Below are positions 29,674 to 39,901 of a stretch of DNA of 64,000 nt, in pieces. The notes under the pieces are model-generated. The model was not told the DNA's origin. It ran no database searches and was given only the letters and a program-made list of their open reading frames with translations. The position numbers were made by a program, and so were the translations under genes. The stretch covers positions 64,001-128,000 of IMG/VR virus record IMGVR_UViG_3300019886_000004; one strand, 5' to 3'. The stretch comes from a virus. Numbering within the stretch: the first letter of the stretch is position 1; every line of letters starts with the position of its first letter.

Positions 29674-32136
29674 TTATTGTAGTATCTTACTGATATACAT
29701 TATACTTCCTGCTAAAGATACATTTAATTTATTAAATCTTTCAGTCCTTAAATTTGTCTCAGTCTTATCCATTCTGCCTTTGATTTCTTTAACTGATTCA
29801 AGTAACTCTTCTAATTCGGATAGAAAAGATGACTCATAATATTCAGCATCTAATACTTCTGCTTCTGGTTCTACTACAATCTCTTTGGAATTTTCTCTTA
29901 CACATTCATTTTCACTAATCTGTAAGTCACCACAATCTCTCATAAAATTATGCCATTCTCTATATGTAGAATGTGCTTTTGCAGAAAGATCTTTTGGATC
30001 AGACTCAAGTGCATATAATAGTTCACTTTTACTTATTCTTTCTACAGTATTTAAAGATAGTAAAACCGCCTCATAGAAATCATATAATTCTTTATCTGAA
30101 TTATTAACAACCCATGAAGTTTTTAAGTCATCTAATATCTCTTCTTTAGCCTCATGAATGTCATTTGCAAAATTAGGACTCTTATAAAGAATATTACAAC
30201 ACTTTATACTATTTATTATATCATCTTCTGTAAATATATTCTGATTCTGTTCATGTATTTGTATCTTTTCCTTAGTAGTTAAATCAGTACTTATGTGCAT
30301 ATTGTGATTTGTCATATTGGATATGTCTTCATCTTTTACTTTTGTTTTAATCAATGAGGTTATTTTCTCCATATCCTTTAGGAACTGCTTACCACTAAAC
30401 ATACTTACTTCAGCTTCTTTTCTTAGATCTTTAAGCATTACTTTACTTACAACAAGGTAATTTAAACCTATTCTCATAATTAATTCAAAGAAATATTTCT
30501 TTAATGAATCACTAGTATTCACTCTCCATAAATCTCTTCTAGTAATCGTATAATAGTAATTAGGATTGTCAGATTCTTCAGTCTTAAACTTATCTATTAA
30601 CCAAGCTCTTGTTGTAACTTCAGATTCAATAGAAGTTAAATCATCATTATCAGCATCCACAGAGACTTCTTTCTTTCTAAATCCTATATTATCACATATT
30701 ACTTTTTTAGTGATTTTTGTCCATTTACATCTAAATATTAATTTAAATTCTTCATCAGATAAAAACGGGGAAAAGCTAAGAGTATCTCCTCTTTTCTTAA
30801 GAGAAGAAGTATAATGATTATCTAATATCCAACCTTCTTCTTCATCTATAAGAGTTAATACCGGATAACTAAAAAACTCTACAAATTCAGATACACGAAT
30901 AGATTTAAACTTATCAAGACTAAATTTATCATGTTGGTCTTTAACTCTTTCAAAAACAGTATCATATGCTTTCTCAGATAAACATTTATAGCCACAAATA
31001 AAGAACATTGGTTCCATGTTAAGTTTTACTGCTTCCAGTTCACTTTTCATTTTACCAATATCAGTTATAAAGTTTTTACCTTCCAAAGGATGACCATTTC
31101 TGTAATACCTTTCATTTATAGTGTACACTTTATTACCTCTATTGTCATGGTTTTTACTTTCATTTGGTCTATTCTTTATAAGTATAACTTCATCTTTTTT
31201 GGATGTCATTTCTATAAATGACTCTCCTCCTTGATTCTGCCATGTTTCATAGTCTGTATTGTAGTGTTTTCCTTTTTTATAACCTATTCTATTTCCTATC
31301 GGGTATGTCACTATAGGTTTAAGAGGTTTTCTATCAACTATCTTATCATAAGTAATTTTACCTTCTACTATCTTGTATAAAAAGTTAGGTTTGAAATATT
31401 TAAGTTCATTTTGTGCTGCTCCTATTGCAAGTAATGGTTCTTCCATTGATGATATATACATTTGATCCGGAGCAATATTCCAAAGATATAATGGACGATC
31501 TGGATCTTTATATATCATCAATGTATTTTTTTCCAGTGGATGAAAGAATGCTAACGTTGCCCATCCATCATAAAGCTCCAGCGCTTCACGATAATTCTCT
31601 TCACCCAGTTTAACCATAGCTTTAGCCAACATTTGAGTGTCAGAATTGGTATTAGTTTTAAATTCTATATCCCATCTGTTAGCTAATAGTTCTGTATTAG
31701 ATAAGGTTCCATTCATTGCAAGAATTAAGTCATAGTCTTCTTTTTCTGTGTCATTTTCATAAATACCAAAAGGATGAGCTAATTCTTTTGAATATCTTAA
31801 CCCAGAACTTGCCTTTCTAGCATGTGCAACAATGGTGAAATTATCATCTTCTGGAGTTATAATTAAAGGATTTTTTTGTATAAATTTCATTACTTTTTCT
31901 GTATCCTTAATTATTTTATTGTTTACTGCCCATCCAGTACTATCTTCACCTCTTTCTTGATTATACATCATAATCATCTTTATCTTGTCTGGGTCAGCAG
32001 GTTTCGAACCTGAATAAGCCGTGATTCCGCAGCTTAATATACTTCGATCTATATTTAATCCAAATTTCTTTGAAATCAAAGAAAATAAGGAGTTTAAAAT
32101 CCATATTAAAACCATTACTAACATTAAGATTTCCAT
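29674..32136 (-). CDS. Class II (Ntn) glutamine amidotransferase with N-terminal hydrophobic extension and long C-terminal region
   Basis: CGI at residue 36, RGEDSTG, AHARKAS, AHPF, NGTL, SDT motifs. Confidence 0.82.
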   Translation of the reverse strand: MEILMLVMVLIWILNSLFSLISKKFGLNIDRSILSCGITAYSGSKPADPDKIKMIMMYNQERGEDSTGWAVNNKIIKDTEKVMKFIQKNPLIITPEDDNFTIVAHARKASSGLRYSKELAHPFGIYENDTEKEDYDLILAMNGTLSNTELLANRWDIEFKTNTNSDTQMLAKAMVKLGEENYREALELYDGWATLAFFHPLEKNTLMIYKDPDRPLYLWNIAPDQMYISSMEEPLLAIGAAQNELKYFKPNFLYKIVEGKITYDKIVDRKPLKPIVTYPIGNRIGYKKGKHYNTDYETWQNQGGESFIEMTSKKDEVILIKNRPNESKNHDNRGNKVYTINERYYRNGHPLEGKNFITDIGKMKSELEAVKLNMEPMFFICGYKCLSEKAYDTVFERVKDQHDKFSLDKFKSIRVSEFVEFFSYPVLTLIDEEEGWILDNHYTSSLKKRGDTLSFSPFLSDEEFKLIFRCKWTKITKKVICDNIGFRKKEVSVDADNDDLTSIESEVTTRAWLIDKFKTEESDNPNYYYTITRRDLWRVNTSDSLKKYFFELIMRIGLNYLVVSKVMLKDLRKEAEVSMFSGKQFLKDMEKITSLIKTKVKDEDISNMTNHNMHISTDLTTKEKIQIHEQNQNIFTEDDIINSIKCCNILYKSPNFANDIHEAKEEILDDLKTSWVVNNSDKELYDFYEAVLLSLNTVERISKSELLYALESDPKDLSAKAHSTYREWHNFMRDCGDLQISENECVRENSKEIVVEPEAEVLDAEYYESSFLSELEELLESVKEIKGRMDKTETNLRTERFNKLNVSLAGSIMYISKILQ

Positions 32137-32156
32137 ATCTTTTCTAGTTTTTTTTA

Positions 32157-32879
32157 TTAAATTGTCTCTGCTAATTGAGCTGTTTCCTGTTTTTTATAAT
32201 CTTTATAATTACATATACCAGAATAGTTATGTATATTACTTTGATTAGTATAATCTAAATACTTCTGCCTATAATCTAATATTCCATTCTCTATATCTTT
32301 TACTATTTCAGCTGACTTTTTTAAATACATTTGATCATGTGGAGAAATGAACTTTTCAGGTTTATCAAAATATTTAACAATACTTTCATCACCTTCATAT
32401 TTAAATCCTAATCGTAGAAACATGAAAAATGCACTTATAAGATATGGAATCTCTGTCCATTTTCTATCAAATGTCAAGATAATGTGAAATTTTTCTTCGC
32501 ATAACTCAGCAATTGATAAGTTAAAATTATTTTTTCTTTCTATTTTATTTAGTAAAGATAAAATAGAGTCAACTTGTTGTTGAGTAATGGTTTCCTTCAC
32601 ATGGGTTATCCTTTGTGATAATAGAATAGCAAGTGTGACATTATCCCTATCTAAAATACCTTTATCTTCGCCAACATGCCAACTAAAACCATACTGACTA
32701 ATAACATTATTTCCGGTATATTTAACCCAAAATACGTCACTAAAATAATCTTTACATTTACAAAACGGAGTCATTGTTTCTCCACTTTCCTTGTTAATTA
32801 AGGCAAATTTTACTTCAGTTTGACCATGACCACTCTCAATTAAATGAAATTTTGCACTAACATTATCTATTATTTTCAT
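32157..32879 (-). CDS. Hypothetical protein in ligase cluster
   Basis: 240-aa ORF, CKCKDYFSD motif. Confidence 0.6.
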   Translation of the reverse strand: MKIIDNVSAKFHLIESGHGQTEVKFALINKESGETMTPFCKCKDYFSDVFWVKYTGNNVISQYGFSWHVGEDKGILDRDNVTLAILLSQRITHVKETITQQQVDSILSLLNKIERKNNFNLSIAELCEEKFHIILTFDRKWTEIPYLISAFFMFLRLGFKYEGDESIVKYFDKPEKFISPHDQMYLKKSAEIVKDIENGILDYRQKYLDYTNQSNIHNYSGICNYKDYKKQETAQLAETI

Positions 32880-33766
32880 AAAGAATATTTACGCTGTATA
32901 ATTTTGGGTAACTCTTCAGTATATTTTTTTAAAGTTCCTTCACCAAAAGATGGGGCAGAACAAGACTCTATTAATATATATCTCGCCTTCTTATCTTTAC
33001 TTTCTTTAACGGAGGTACATTTAATATCAAATCCTAAAACATCAGCACCTAGAGCTTTTACTGCCTTCTTACAATCCTCTACCATCTCATTCCAATTCTC
33101 TGGTTTATTAAATTTTGGATTGGTTTCTACAAACCAGCTACAATTATCATCATGTCTTTGAAAACGATCTTCCTTTGGAGTATTTTCCTTAAGCATTTTT
33201 CTGCAAGTGTAGAAATACCCTTCCTCTGTTACATGAATTCTATACTCAACAGAATAATTTTTGTATTCTTCAACAATATAATTTTCCAAAGATTTTGTCT
33301 TTTCTTTTAAAAATACATCTAGTTGTTCTTTAGTCTTTACTAGAGTATTTCCAACTCCTCTACTTCCCCATCTATTTTTAATAATAAGCCAAGAATCTTT
33401 ATCCTTGATAAAATCTAAATTTGCTAGGAATTTATCCCATGATATTTTATCAGTAGTTGCTTTAGCTAAGTGAATCCAAGGTGCATGTTTAACTTCAGAT
33501 CTATCAAACGCTTCTTTCATTAGTTTTTTATCAGCACTATTCTTTATAGATTCTACACTATTAATTTCAAACTCAAAATCACTATTAGTTGTAGATCCAT
33601 GTCTATAAACTGCTTTCACACCTTTTATTAGTATGGAATTTCTTAATGGTGATATACTTGGATGTCTTGAAAGAATCCTTAAATAAAAATGTGTAGGTTT
33701 CTTAATAGACTTAATTTCTTTCTTTGCAGTTTTTGCTAACTTTTTTTCTTTAATAGTGTTGTTCAT
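32876..33766 (-). CDS. ATP-grasp peptide/amide ligase
   Basis: ADKKLM, IIKNRWGSRGVG, VEEY, EYRIHV, GFDI, LIESCSAPS. Confidence 0.82.
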   Translation of the reverse strand: MNNTIKEKKLAKTAKKEIKSIKKPTHFYLRILSRHPSISPLRNSILIKGVKAVYRHGSTTNSDFEFEINSVESIKNSADKKLMKEAFDRSEVKHAPWIHLAKATTDKISWDKFLANLDFIKDKDSWLIIKNRWGSRGVGNTLVKTKEQLDVFLKEKTKSLENYIVEEYKNYSVEYRIHVTEEGYFYTCRKMLKENTPKEDRFQRHDDNCSWFVETNPKFNKPENWNEMVEDCKKAVKALGADVLGFDIKCTSVKESKDKKARYILIESCSAPSFGEGTLKKYTEELPKIIQRKYSL

Positions 33767-34172
33767 TTTCTACTTTTTTTGTTTTTTCAATATTATTAAG
33801 TAATGATACCCAATCTCCTGATTCAACTAAATGACTTTCATTCACCTTTCCAGCATATGGAAATATTTTGTAATAATGTTCATCTATTTTTATATCATCT
33901 TCATAAAAATTAGAAGATATTTCCATTCTATACACACAATCAAACACCTCTTGGTTTATCTCAAATAGATCCACTACTATACTTTTACTTCTATCTGAAT
34001 CTTTTATACCTGGATATTGACCAAGTATATACATTTCATATCCAAAAAGTTTTATCGTCTTTTTATAGTGCATTGAATCCTTACCAAAAGATTGACACAT
34101 TCTTATATAATTATACATAGGTCTTCTTAGGGATCCATAGAATGCACATTTGATCATTTTATTGTCCATCAT
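33750..34172 (-). CDS. Gamma-glutamylcyclotransferase (GGCT/AIG2-like)
   Basis: FYGSLRR...N, LGQYPG, RME, SGDW. Confidence 0.85.
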   Translation of the reverse strand: MMDNKMIKCAFYGSLRRPMYNYIRMCQSFGKDSMHYKKTIKLFGYEMYILGQYPGIKDSDRSKSIVVDLFEINQEVFDCVYRMEISSNFYEDDIKIDEHYYKIFPYAGKVNESHLVESGDWVSLLNNIEKTKKVENEQHY

Positions 34173-34509
34173 AAATTTCTTTTATTTCTCCACTTTCTGT
34201 ATATTTATATATATTAGAAAGTATTTTATAAGTATGTGGAAATACCGTTTCTCTGGTACCATCATTCCATATCATGTAAAGCTTGTCTTTTTCATTTGGA
34301 TTTACAAACATATATTTACATAATATTTCTTTTTTTTCTTTTTTGGTGTACCACACGTGGTATATGTAATCCTGAAAAGCCTGCATCATTTCAGCATTAA
34401 GTTCTTCAGAAGTCATATTCTGCACATCATCTATTATGTCTAGATTTTCTATGTACTCACCATAACCATCAAATACACATAGAAGTACTTTCTGTTTTTC
34501 ACATATCAT
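34159..34509 (-). CDS. Hypothetical protein
   Basis: 116-aa ORF coupled to primase and GGCT. Confidence 0.6.
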   Translation of the reverse strand: MICEKQKVLLCVFDGYGEYIENLDIIDDVQNMTSEELNAEMMQAFQDYIYHVWYTKKEKKEILCKYMFVNPNEKDKLYMIWNDGTRETVFPHTYKILSNIYKYTESGEIKEIYDGQ

Positions 34510-35492
34510 TTCTCATTTATTTTCTTATTTATCAGCTCACTATATAGCAATCTTAGCTTCTCCAGTGGAAAAGCCTTGTTGTTATCAGCTTGATCTTTTT
34601 TATATTTCTGATGAACATAGGGTATACCATACACTTTCTCATATCTTCTCATAGCTTTTAATCCAGCTTCATCATTATCTAACATACTTAATACAAACTC
34701 ATATTTTGATTTTAACCAGTCTATTCTATCTTTAGGTATTAAAGTATTCTCTGAAGATGGAGCGACATATTCGCAACTAAGTTTTATAACATCCATTGCA
34801 CATATATCTTTTAGTCCAGAAATAATTAAACATATATTATATTTTTGTTTTAGTTGCTCAGAACCTATTAAATAACTTGTGTCTATGTTTATATACTTTA
34901 TCTTTGGTAAATTTGGTTGATATAACTGGTAAATTCCTTTCTCATTACTAAAAAATCCATATATACGTCCTCTAAATTCAAATGATTCTTCTCCTTTTTT
35001 TATGTTATATTCTGGAACTTTTCTTATCTGAAATTTATTTAACGTTGTTAAGTCTATCTTGGATGTATCCCAAAAATCTAAGTCTTCACTTTTAAAGTAG
35101 TCAGTTACTATAGTATATTCAGGTTTAGAGACACTGCGAAACACTACGTCTTCCTCGTAATCACAACCTGATGATAAAAAAGTTTCATAGTCTCTTATTA
35201 TCATACCAATTGATTGACCTTCTGTTTTATTATAATGAAAGGCTACAAACCTTATTATATTTCCTCCTTGTCCTTGAGAAAAATCCCTCCAAAAATACTT
35301 TTCATTTTTATAAAAAAAGCAAAGTGATGGATTGGAATCTCTATTAACCACAGATTTCATCTTTATTATCCGACCATCAAATGGTTGACTTATTTTGTTG
35401 CCAGTTAAGTTTTTGTAGTAATGTTTATAGACCCAGCTCTCAGGAACATCAGATATATCACCAATAATATCACTTACGTCATATGCTACCAT
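34506..35492 (-). CDS. dnaG: DNA primase (TOPRIM)
   Basis: DSNPSLCF...WRDFSQGQGGN N-domain; SGLKD, PSSE, DNDEAG, KDQAD. Confidence 0.8.
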   Translation of the reverse strand: MVAYDVSDIIGDISDVPESWVYKHYYKNLTGNKISQPFDGRIIKMKSVVNRDSNPSLCFFYKNEKYFWRDFSQGQGGNIIRFVAFHYNKTEGQSIGMIIRDYETFLSSGCDYEEDVVFRSVSKPEYTIVTDYFKSEDLDFWDTSKIDLTTLNKFQIRKVPEYNIKKGEESFEFRGRIYGFFSNEKGIYQLYQPNLPKIKYINIDTSYLIGSEQLKQKYNICLIISGLKDICAMDVIKLSCEYVAPSSENTLIPKDRIDWLKSKYEFVLSMLDNDEAGLKAMRRYEKVYGIPYVHQKYKKDQADNNKAFPLEKLRLLYSELINKKINEK

Positions 35493-35504
35493 ATTTATTT
35501 AATT

Positions 35505-35529
35505 AAAAAGGCTCCAAATAGGAGCCTTT
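35505..35529 (-). terminator. Intrinsic terminator
   Basis: AAAGGCTCC-aaata-GGAGCCTTT. Confidence 0.7.
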
Positions 35530-35549
35530 AAGTTTTATTACTTCTTATT

Positions 35550-36293
35550 CTAGAACGGTAAATCTAAGAAATCTTCTTTCTGATCACCTAGTTTTTCTTC
35601 AATTGGATTATCCAAATTCAGGGGAGTGTCATAAACAGAAGACTTATAATTAGAACTTTGATTATTCCACGATGGTGTGGTAGTTGTATCATACACAGTT
35701 CCAGCAGGCTTCGAAATTATCTTCTTATAGTGGTATTGATTAGTTTTATCGAATACGATTATGGTGGAAGGAGTAGCATTTTCAGATTCTACAAATTTAA
35801 ATCTAGGTAAAGATAAAGTAATACCAACCTTACCATCTGATTTTGGATATTCAGAAGCTACTATTGTATATCTAGCATACTTACCTTTTAGGATGGCTGC
35901 TATCTTAGATACCACTTCTTCGAAGCTTTCAGACTTAATTTCATTGATCTTACTTTCTAAACCAATTGCTGCTGCAATAGTCTTCATCTTTTGAAGAAAT
36001 TCTCGTTTCAGTAGTTCACTATTCATGTAAACACCAACGCCAACTCTACCCACTTTACCTGTTGCTCCTTCAATTGGTTTGAAGTTCTCATCATTGATAG
36101 GTTTAGTTTCCATATGTAGAATGGCCTTCTTTGCACCAGTGTTCTGGCTCTCCTTTAATTCAATATCATTTATTTTTAGAATCTGACCACTACCATAACC
36201 AACATATGGAGATATATTATCGGACTGTGGTTTTTCAGATCCTACTTCTGACAAATCATAATTATTCATAAATACGGGATTTAAATTATTCAT
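35550..36293 (-). CDS. Putative single-stranded DNA-binding protein
   Basis: Acidic C-tail ending DLPF; lies between the AAA ATPase and primase. Confidence 0.6.
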   Translation of the reverse strand: MNNLNPVFMNNYDLSEVGSEKPQSDNISPYVGYGSGQILKINDIELKESQNTGAKKAILHMETKPINDENFKPIEGATGKVGRVGVGVYMNSELLKREFLQKMKTIAAAIGLESKINEIKSESFEEVVSKIAAILKGKYARYTIVASEYPKSDGKVGITLSLPRFKFVESENATPSTIIVFDKTNQYHYKKIISKPAGTVYDTTTTPSWNNQSSNYKSSVYDTPLNLDNPIEEKLGDQKEDFLDLPF

Positions 36294-36966
36294 TATACGC
36301 TATAATTGTTCTTCTAACCAGTTCCAAGTCATTTGGTATTTCTTTTTGTTCAAACATGCCTTTCGGAGTCTTGGCTGGTGTTTGACCATCTGTTTGAGTC
36401 TCAAAGATATACTTCATACCCTCATCTGTTTTTTTAGCTCTTCCATATAAAACAACGGTAAAAAGGCTTTCAACAGTTATTTTATCATTTACTAATTTAC
36501 CTACTGTTCTAGCCTTATATATAGCATCTCCATCTATGTTTTCATGCTTTTCAGGATGAGTCAAATAAAAAACGGTTAGATTACCTCTTAGCTCTTTAGG
36601 AATAGTAGCTGTACTAAAAATACCATAGGCAATTGAATTAAACTTATCAAATGTCTTTTCACTCAATCTATTCATAAATTCAAATGTGCTAAAAAAACTC
36701 CAGTCGTCAACAACCACAGTTTCTATTTGAGGCATTTCTTTATCTATCATTTTCAATATACCTACAACATCACTAGGATTAACTACTACTATATAGTTTC
36801 CTTTTCTTGTCTTTAGGTCAAAAGGAGGATACATTTTCTTCCATCCTCTAAAAGGTAGATCTTGTCCTTTCGGATTGATTATAAAAGTTGTCTTGGGATC
36901 TAAGGTTTCTATTGAAGTAGATTTACCTGAGCCAGTCTCAGCTTCTATTAATACTGCATTTGCCAT
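36286..36966 (-). CDS. AAA-family ATPase (AAA_24/Sak4-like)
   Basis: AETGSGKST Walker A, VVVDD Walker B, AKTPKGMF. Confidence 0.85.
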   Translation of the reverse strand: MANAVLIEAETGSGKSTSIETLDPKTTFIINPKGQDLPFRGWKKMYPPFDLKTRKGNYIVVVNPSDVVGILKMIDKEMPQIETVVVDDWSFFSTFEFMNRLSEKTFDKFNSIAYGIFSTATIPKELRGNLTVFYLTHPEKHENIDGDAIYKARTVGKLVNDKITVESLFTVVLYGRAKKTDEGMKYIFETQTDGQTPAKTPKGMFEQKEIPNDLELVRRTIIAYNE

Positions 36967-36979
36967 TTATTATATTGGT

Positions 36980-37468
36980 TTACATTACTAAGGATGAATT
37001 CACCTCAGAAAAGCTATCAGTAACAATATGTGACTTGTTCTTAAGTAGGTGAAATTCAGGACTTTCTAGGAAATTTTTATACAATCCATAATACCTTTTC
37101 ATTTCATCTAATTGTACAAATTTTCCAAACTTTTCTTTTCTTTTAATATTTCTTTTTACTGATTCAGCAAAGCTGACATCAAAGAGTCTAATTGTTGTTT
37201 TTTCAGCAAAAGCTATCATATTACTTAAATCTTTGGATTCTAATGGAAAACCATCTACAACTGTATTACCTTCCATTAACATACCAAAAATGGCGCTCAT
37301 GGATTTATCCTTTATTTTAGTGTCATAGTTTCCATTTCCCTTACACATAAGTAAAAATTCATCAAAGCAAAATCTCATTGCTTTTGGATTGTCTTCTAAG
37401 TATTTTAAGCTCCACGTACTTTTTCCGGAGCATATAGGACCAAGGCATATTATTAATTCATTTTTCAT
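36980..37468 (-). CDS. P-loop kinase (polynucleotide kinase-like)
   Basis: GPICSGKSTW, VVDG, ESVKRNIKR lid. Confidence 0.7.
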   Translation of the reverse strand: MKNELIICLGPICSGKSTWSLKYLEDNPKAMRFCFDEFLLMCKGNGNYDTKIKDKSMSAIFGMLMEGNTVVDGFPLESKDLSNMIAFAEKTTIRLFDVSFAESVKRNIKRKEKFGKFVQLDEMKRYYGLYKNFLESPEFHLLKNKSHIVTDSFSEVNSSLVM

Positions 37469-37482
37469 AAAGTGGATTAAAA

Positions 37483-37843
37483 AAACAAGTCGGGCAAAAT
37501 TACTACGATTTCACATAACCCCATCTAGCACACGGACGTCCGCTAGTGAGCTTACCATTCTTATCTATCTGTTTTACCATATTTTTTTCACTAAAACGAT
37601 TTAAACACTTGCTTATTTGCGTTACAGTCAATCTAGTCTTGGATCTTACAGCCTTGAAACTATCATTGATTGCATTACAAATTTGTTCACTTGTTAGGTT
37701 TCTACGGCTGTTACGTTTAAGATATCCTATTACTAATTGATTCTGATTGATTATGCTACCTGTTACTTTATTATTCTTAATACTCATTTACTTGTTTTGT
37801 TTTTTGTTTTAAAATTAGAAATATGTCAATGTCCGACTTGTTT
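37483..37843. repeat. 14-bp imperfect inverted repeat pair flanking the small wHTH gene
   Basis: AAACAAGTCGGGCA (37483-37496) vs TGTCCGACTTGTTT (37830-37843), 13/14 complementary. Confidence 0.7.
37503..37787 (-). CDS. Small basic winged-helix-like DNA-binding protein
   Basis: LTSEQI...TVTQISKCLNRF...SGRPCARW pattern; basic, 94 aa. Confidence 0.55.
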   Translation of the reverse strand: MSIKNNKVTGSIINQNQLVIGYLKRNSRRNLTSEQICNAINDSFKAVRSKTRLTVTQISKCLNRFSEKNMVKQIDKNGKLTSGRPCARWGYVKS

Positions 37844-37849
37844 ATGATT

Positions 37850-38914
37850 TTACCAATTTGGTTTTCTATTCTTTATCATCTCATAATGAGATGAATTTAT
37901 TTGGTCTGATCTAGGTAATTCTTTGAAAAAATTTATTGCACCATCAAAGTATAATCCTACATTTAGATTGGATGAACCATATCTACCCTTGAATATATTT
38001 ATACTCCTATAGGCATCTCTCATTTCAAATACATTATATCCTCCATCAGTTTTAATATTATGTTTTTGTGGCTGAAATATACCAATTGCTGTATCACAAT
38101 CGTTATATGTTAATTTGGACTCAGCTAATCCGTTTTTTGATGGTAGTAACTTATCACTTTTAAAATGATCTAGATTTTCAGATTCGCTATTCATCTGTTG
38201 AATGGGTACAGGTGTGTAACCATATCTATTTCTAGCTAGTACAAAATACCTGGAAAGTTCCTCTATTGTTTGTTTTGTGTTCGCACCATTTTCTCCAGTC
38301 AATAAGCTATAATGATCTAAAATTATAAGAACATATTGTTTTGGATTATTGGCTACGTATTTATCAAACAATAATTCACCATCTATACCTTTTTTATACA
38401 GAATTTTTCCGTTCTCTCTTGCAAATGATTCTATATCTCTTATTATTCTCTTAGGACTGATCATACCGTCATGCATCTTAACTGAATCTTCCAATCCTTC
38501 AAAATACTCTCTAGTCTCTTGAACAGCCATATAAAGATTATCATTAAGTCTATTTTTACCTACCGACTTTAATATTCTAACACCTGATCTAATACCATAA
38601 TTTGTGAATAACCTCCTTGCCATCCATTGATGCATTTTAGTTATTTTATCCATTTCAAGAGAATAATATAGGATTTTTACCTTTAAATCAGTATCCTCTT
38701 CTTTAATAAAATCATATGGAGTAAAAACAAAGAAATCATCAGTAAATTGAGACTTACCTGCACCAGATGCACCTGATATTAGATAATACTGTTTTTGTTC
38801 AATACCTGGTAGGTATTCTGAAAACCTTGGTAGTTTTTTATCATAAGGTATACAATTAAATTGATTATTTCTATTCTGATCTATTATATCCAGTGCTTCA
38901 TCAAATATTGACAA
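37850..38914 (-). CDS. dnaB: DnaB-like replicative helicase
   Basis: GASGAGKS, YSLEM, IILDH, IQQMN, KGRYG. Confidence 0.85.
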   Translation of the reverse strand: MSIFDEALDIIDQNRNNQFNCIPYDKKLPRFSEYLPGIEQKQYYLISGASGAGKSQFTDDFFVFTPYDFIKEEDTDLKVKILYYSLEMDKITKMHQWMARRLFTNYGIRSGVRILKSVGKNRLNDNLYMAVQETREYFEGLEDSVKMHDGMISPKRIIRDIESFARENGKILYKKGIDGELLFDKYVANNPKQYVLIILDHYSLLTGENGANTKQTIEELSRYFVLARNRYGYTPVPIQQMNSESENLDHFKSDKLLPSKNGLAESKLTYNDCDTAIGIFQPQKHNIKTDGGYNVFEMRDAYRSINIFKGRYGSSNLNVGLYFDGAINFFKELPRSDQINSSHYEMIKNRKPNW

Positions 38915-38936
38915 CTAGTTATGTTTTTACCCATAT

Positions 38937-39494
38937 TTATACATCAATTCTATAACTTTCCTCTTCTTGCACTCCTTCTAATATTTTGTCACACCATTCA
39001 GATAAGGTTGATGTTCTTACTTTAGTGTTTTCTTCTTTATATATAAAGTATGCTGAGGTCCTCATAAAGGCCCATGATCGATCTCTATAGTAAACTATGT
39101 AATTCTCTGTAGCTTTAAGTATAGTACTCCAGTCATAGTTATAATGTCCTAGAAACCACTTAAACCTTGACTTCAAATCTACAGAACTAGATCTTGCTGT
39201 TTTACCAGAAGGTAGTGTTACTAAAGGCCACATAGACCTATAAGTTTCAACATTTTTTCCAAATGTTTCATCTTCGAAATCATCAAAAATCTTACTTCTC
39301 TTTACTTTTTCAGTCGGATTGTTTCGAATATCTAGCCAGTCATTTATTACTAGATATTTTCTATATCTATCATAGTTCATTCTTTCTTGTAAAGGTCTGT
39401 CTTTCAATATTCTAGCTAACGCAAAATACTCATTTGGAGTTATTCCATGACTACAAATTTCTTCAAATAGCTCATTTATTTTATTTATTTTCAA
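38937..39494 (-). CDS. Hypothetical protein (possible replication initiator)
   Basis: 185-aa ORF immediately upstream of dnaB. Confidence 0.5.
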   Translation of the reverse strand: MKINKINELFEEICSHGITPNEYFALARILKDRPLQERMNYDRYRKYLVINDWLDIRNNPTEKVKRSKIFDDFEDETFGKNVETYRSMWPLVTLPSGKTARSSSVDLKSRFKWFLGHYNYDWSTILKATENYIVYYRDRSWAFMRTSAYFIYKEENTKVRTSTLSEWCDKILEGVQEEESYRIDV

Positions 39495-39544
39495 CCTTTT
39501 TTATTACAAAGCTACGAATAAAAAATGACATAACCAAATATTTT

Positions 39545-39901
39545 TTACTGATCCTCTGGCCACCTTCTTTCATCCTTCGGATTACTGTAAGAATCGTCAT
39601 CTTGAAAAAACATGCGTCCTTTATTGTTTGCACATATAGTTTTACCTTTCGAGATAGAAAAGTCATCAATAGAATCTATTGCTTTCCATGGTGGTCTATG
39701 AAAATCTTGAGATTCCATTTTCACAATTCTTGCTTCAGATTCTGGTTTTTTCATCGTAAAACAACAACTATCATACTTAGTGTCTAATAGTTCAAGTTCA
39801 TTATCTTGTTTTATTATTTCTGATTCTTCTGGTGGATGATCTCTATTAGCTAATGCTCTTTTTTGTGCATTAGTAAATCTTTTACCTTTTCCTCTAGACA
39901 T
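39545..39901 (-). CDS. Hypothetical protein
   Basis: 118-aa ORF starting 2 nt after the upstream stop. Confidence 0.55.
   Translation of the reverse strand: MSRGKGKRFTNAQKRALANRDHPPEESEIIKQDNELELLDTKYDSCCFTMKKPESEARIVKMESQDFHRPPWKAIDSIDDFSISKGKTICANNKGRMFFQDDDSYSNPKDERRWPEDQ

Noticed and set aside
39481-39669. 62-aa same-strand alternate-frame ORF
   Set aside because: Largely overlaps 39545-39901 with no supporting motif
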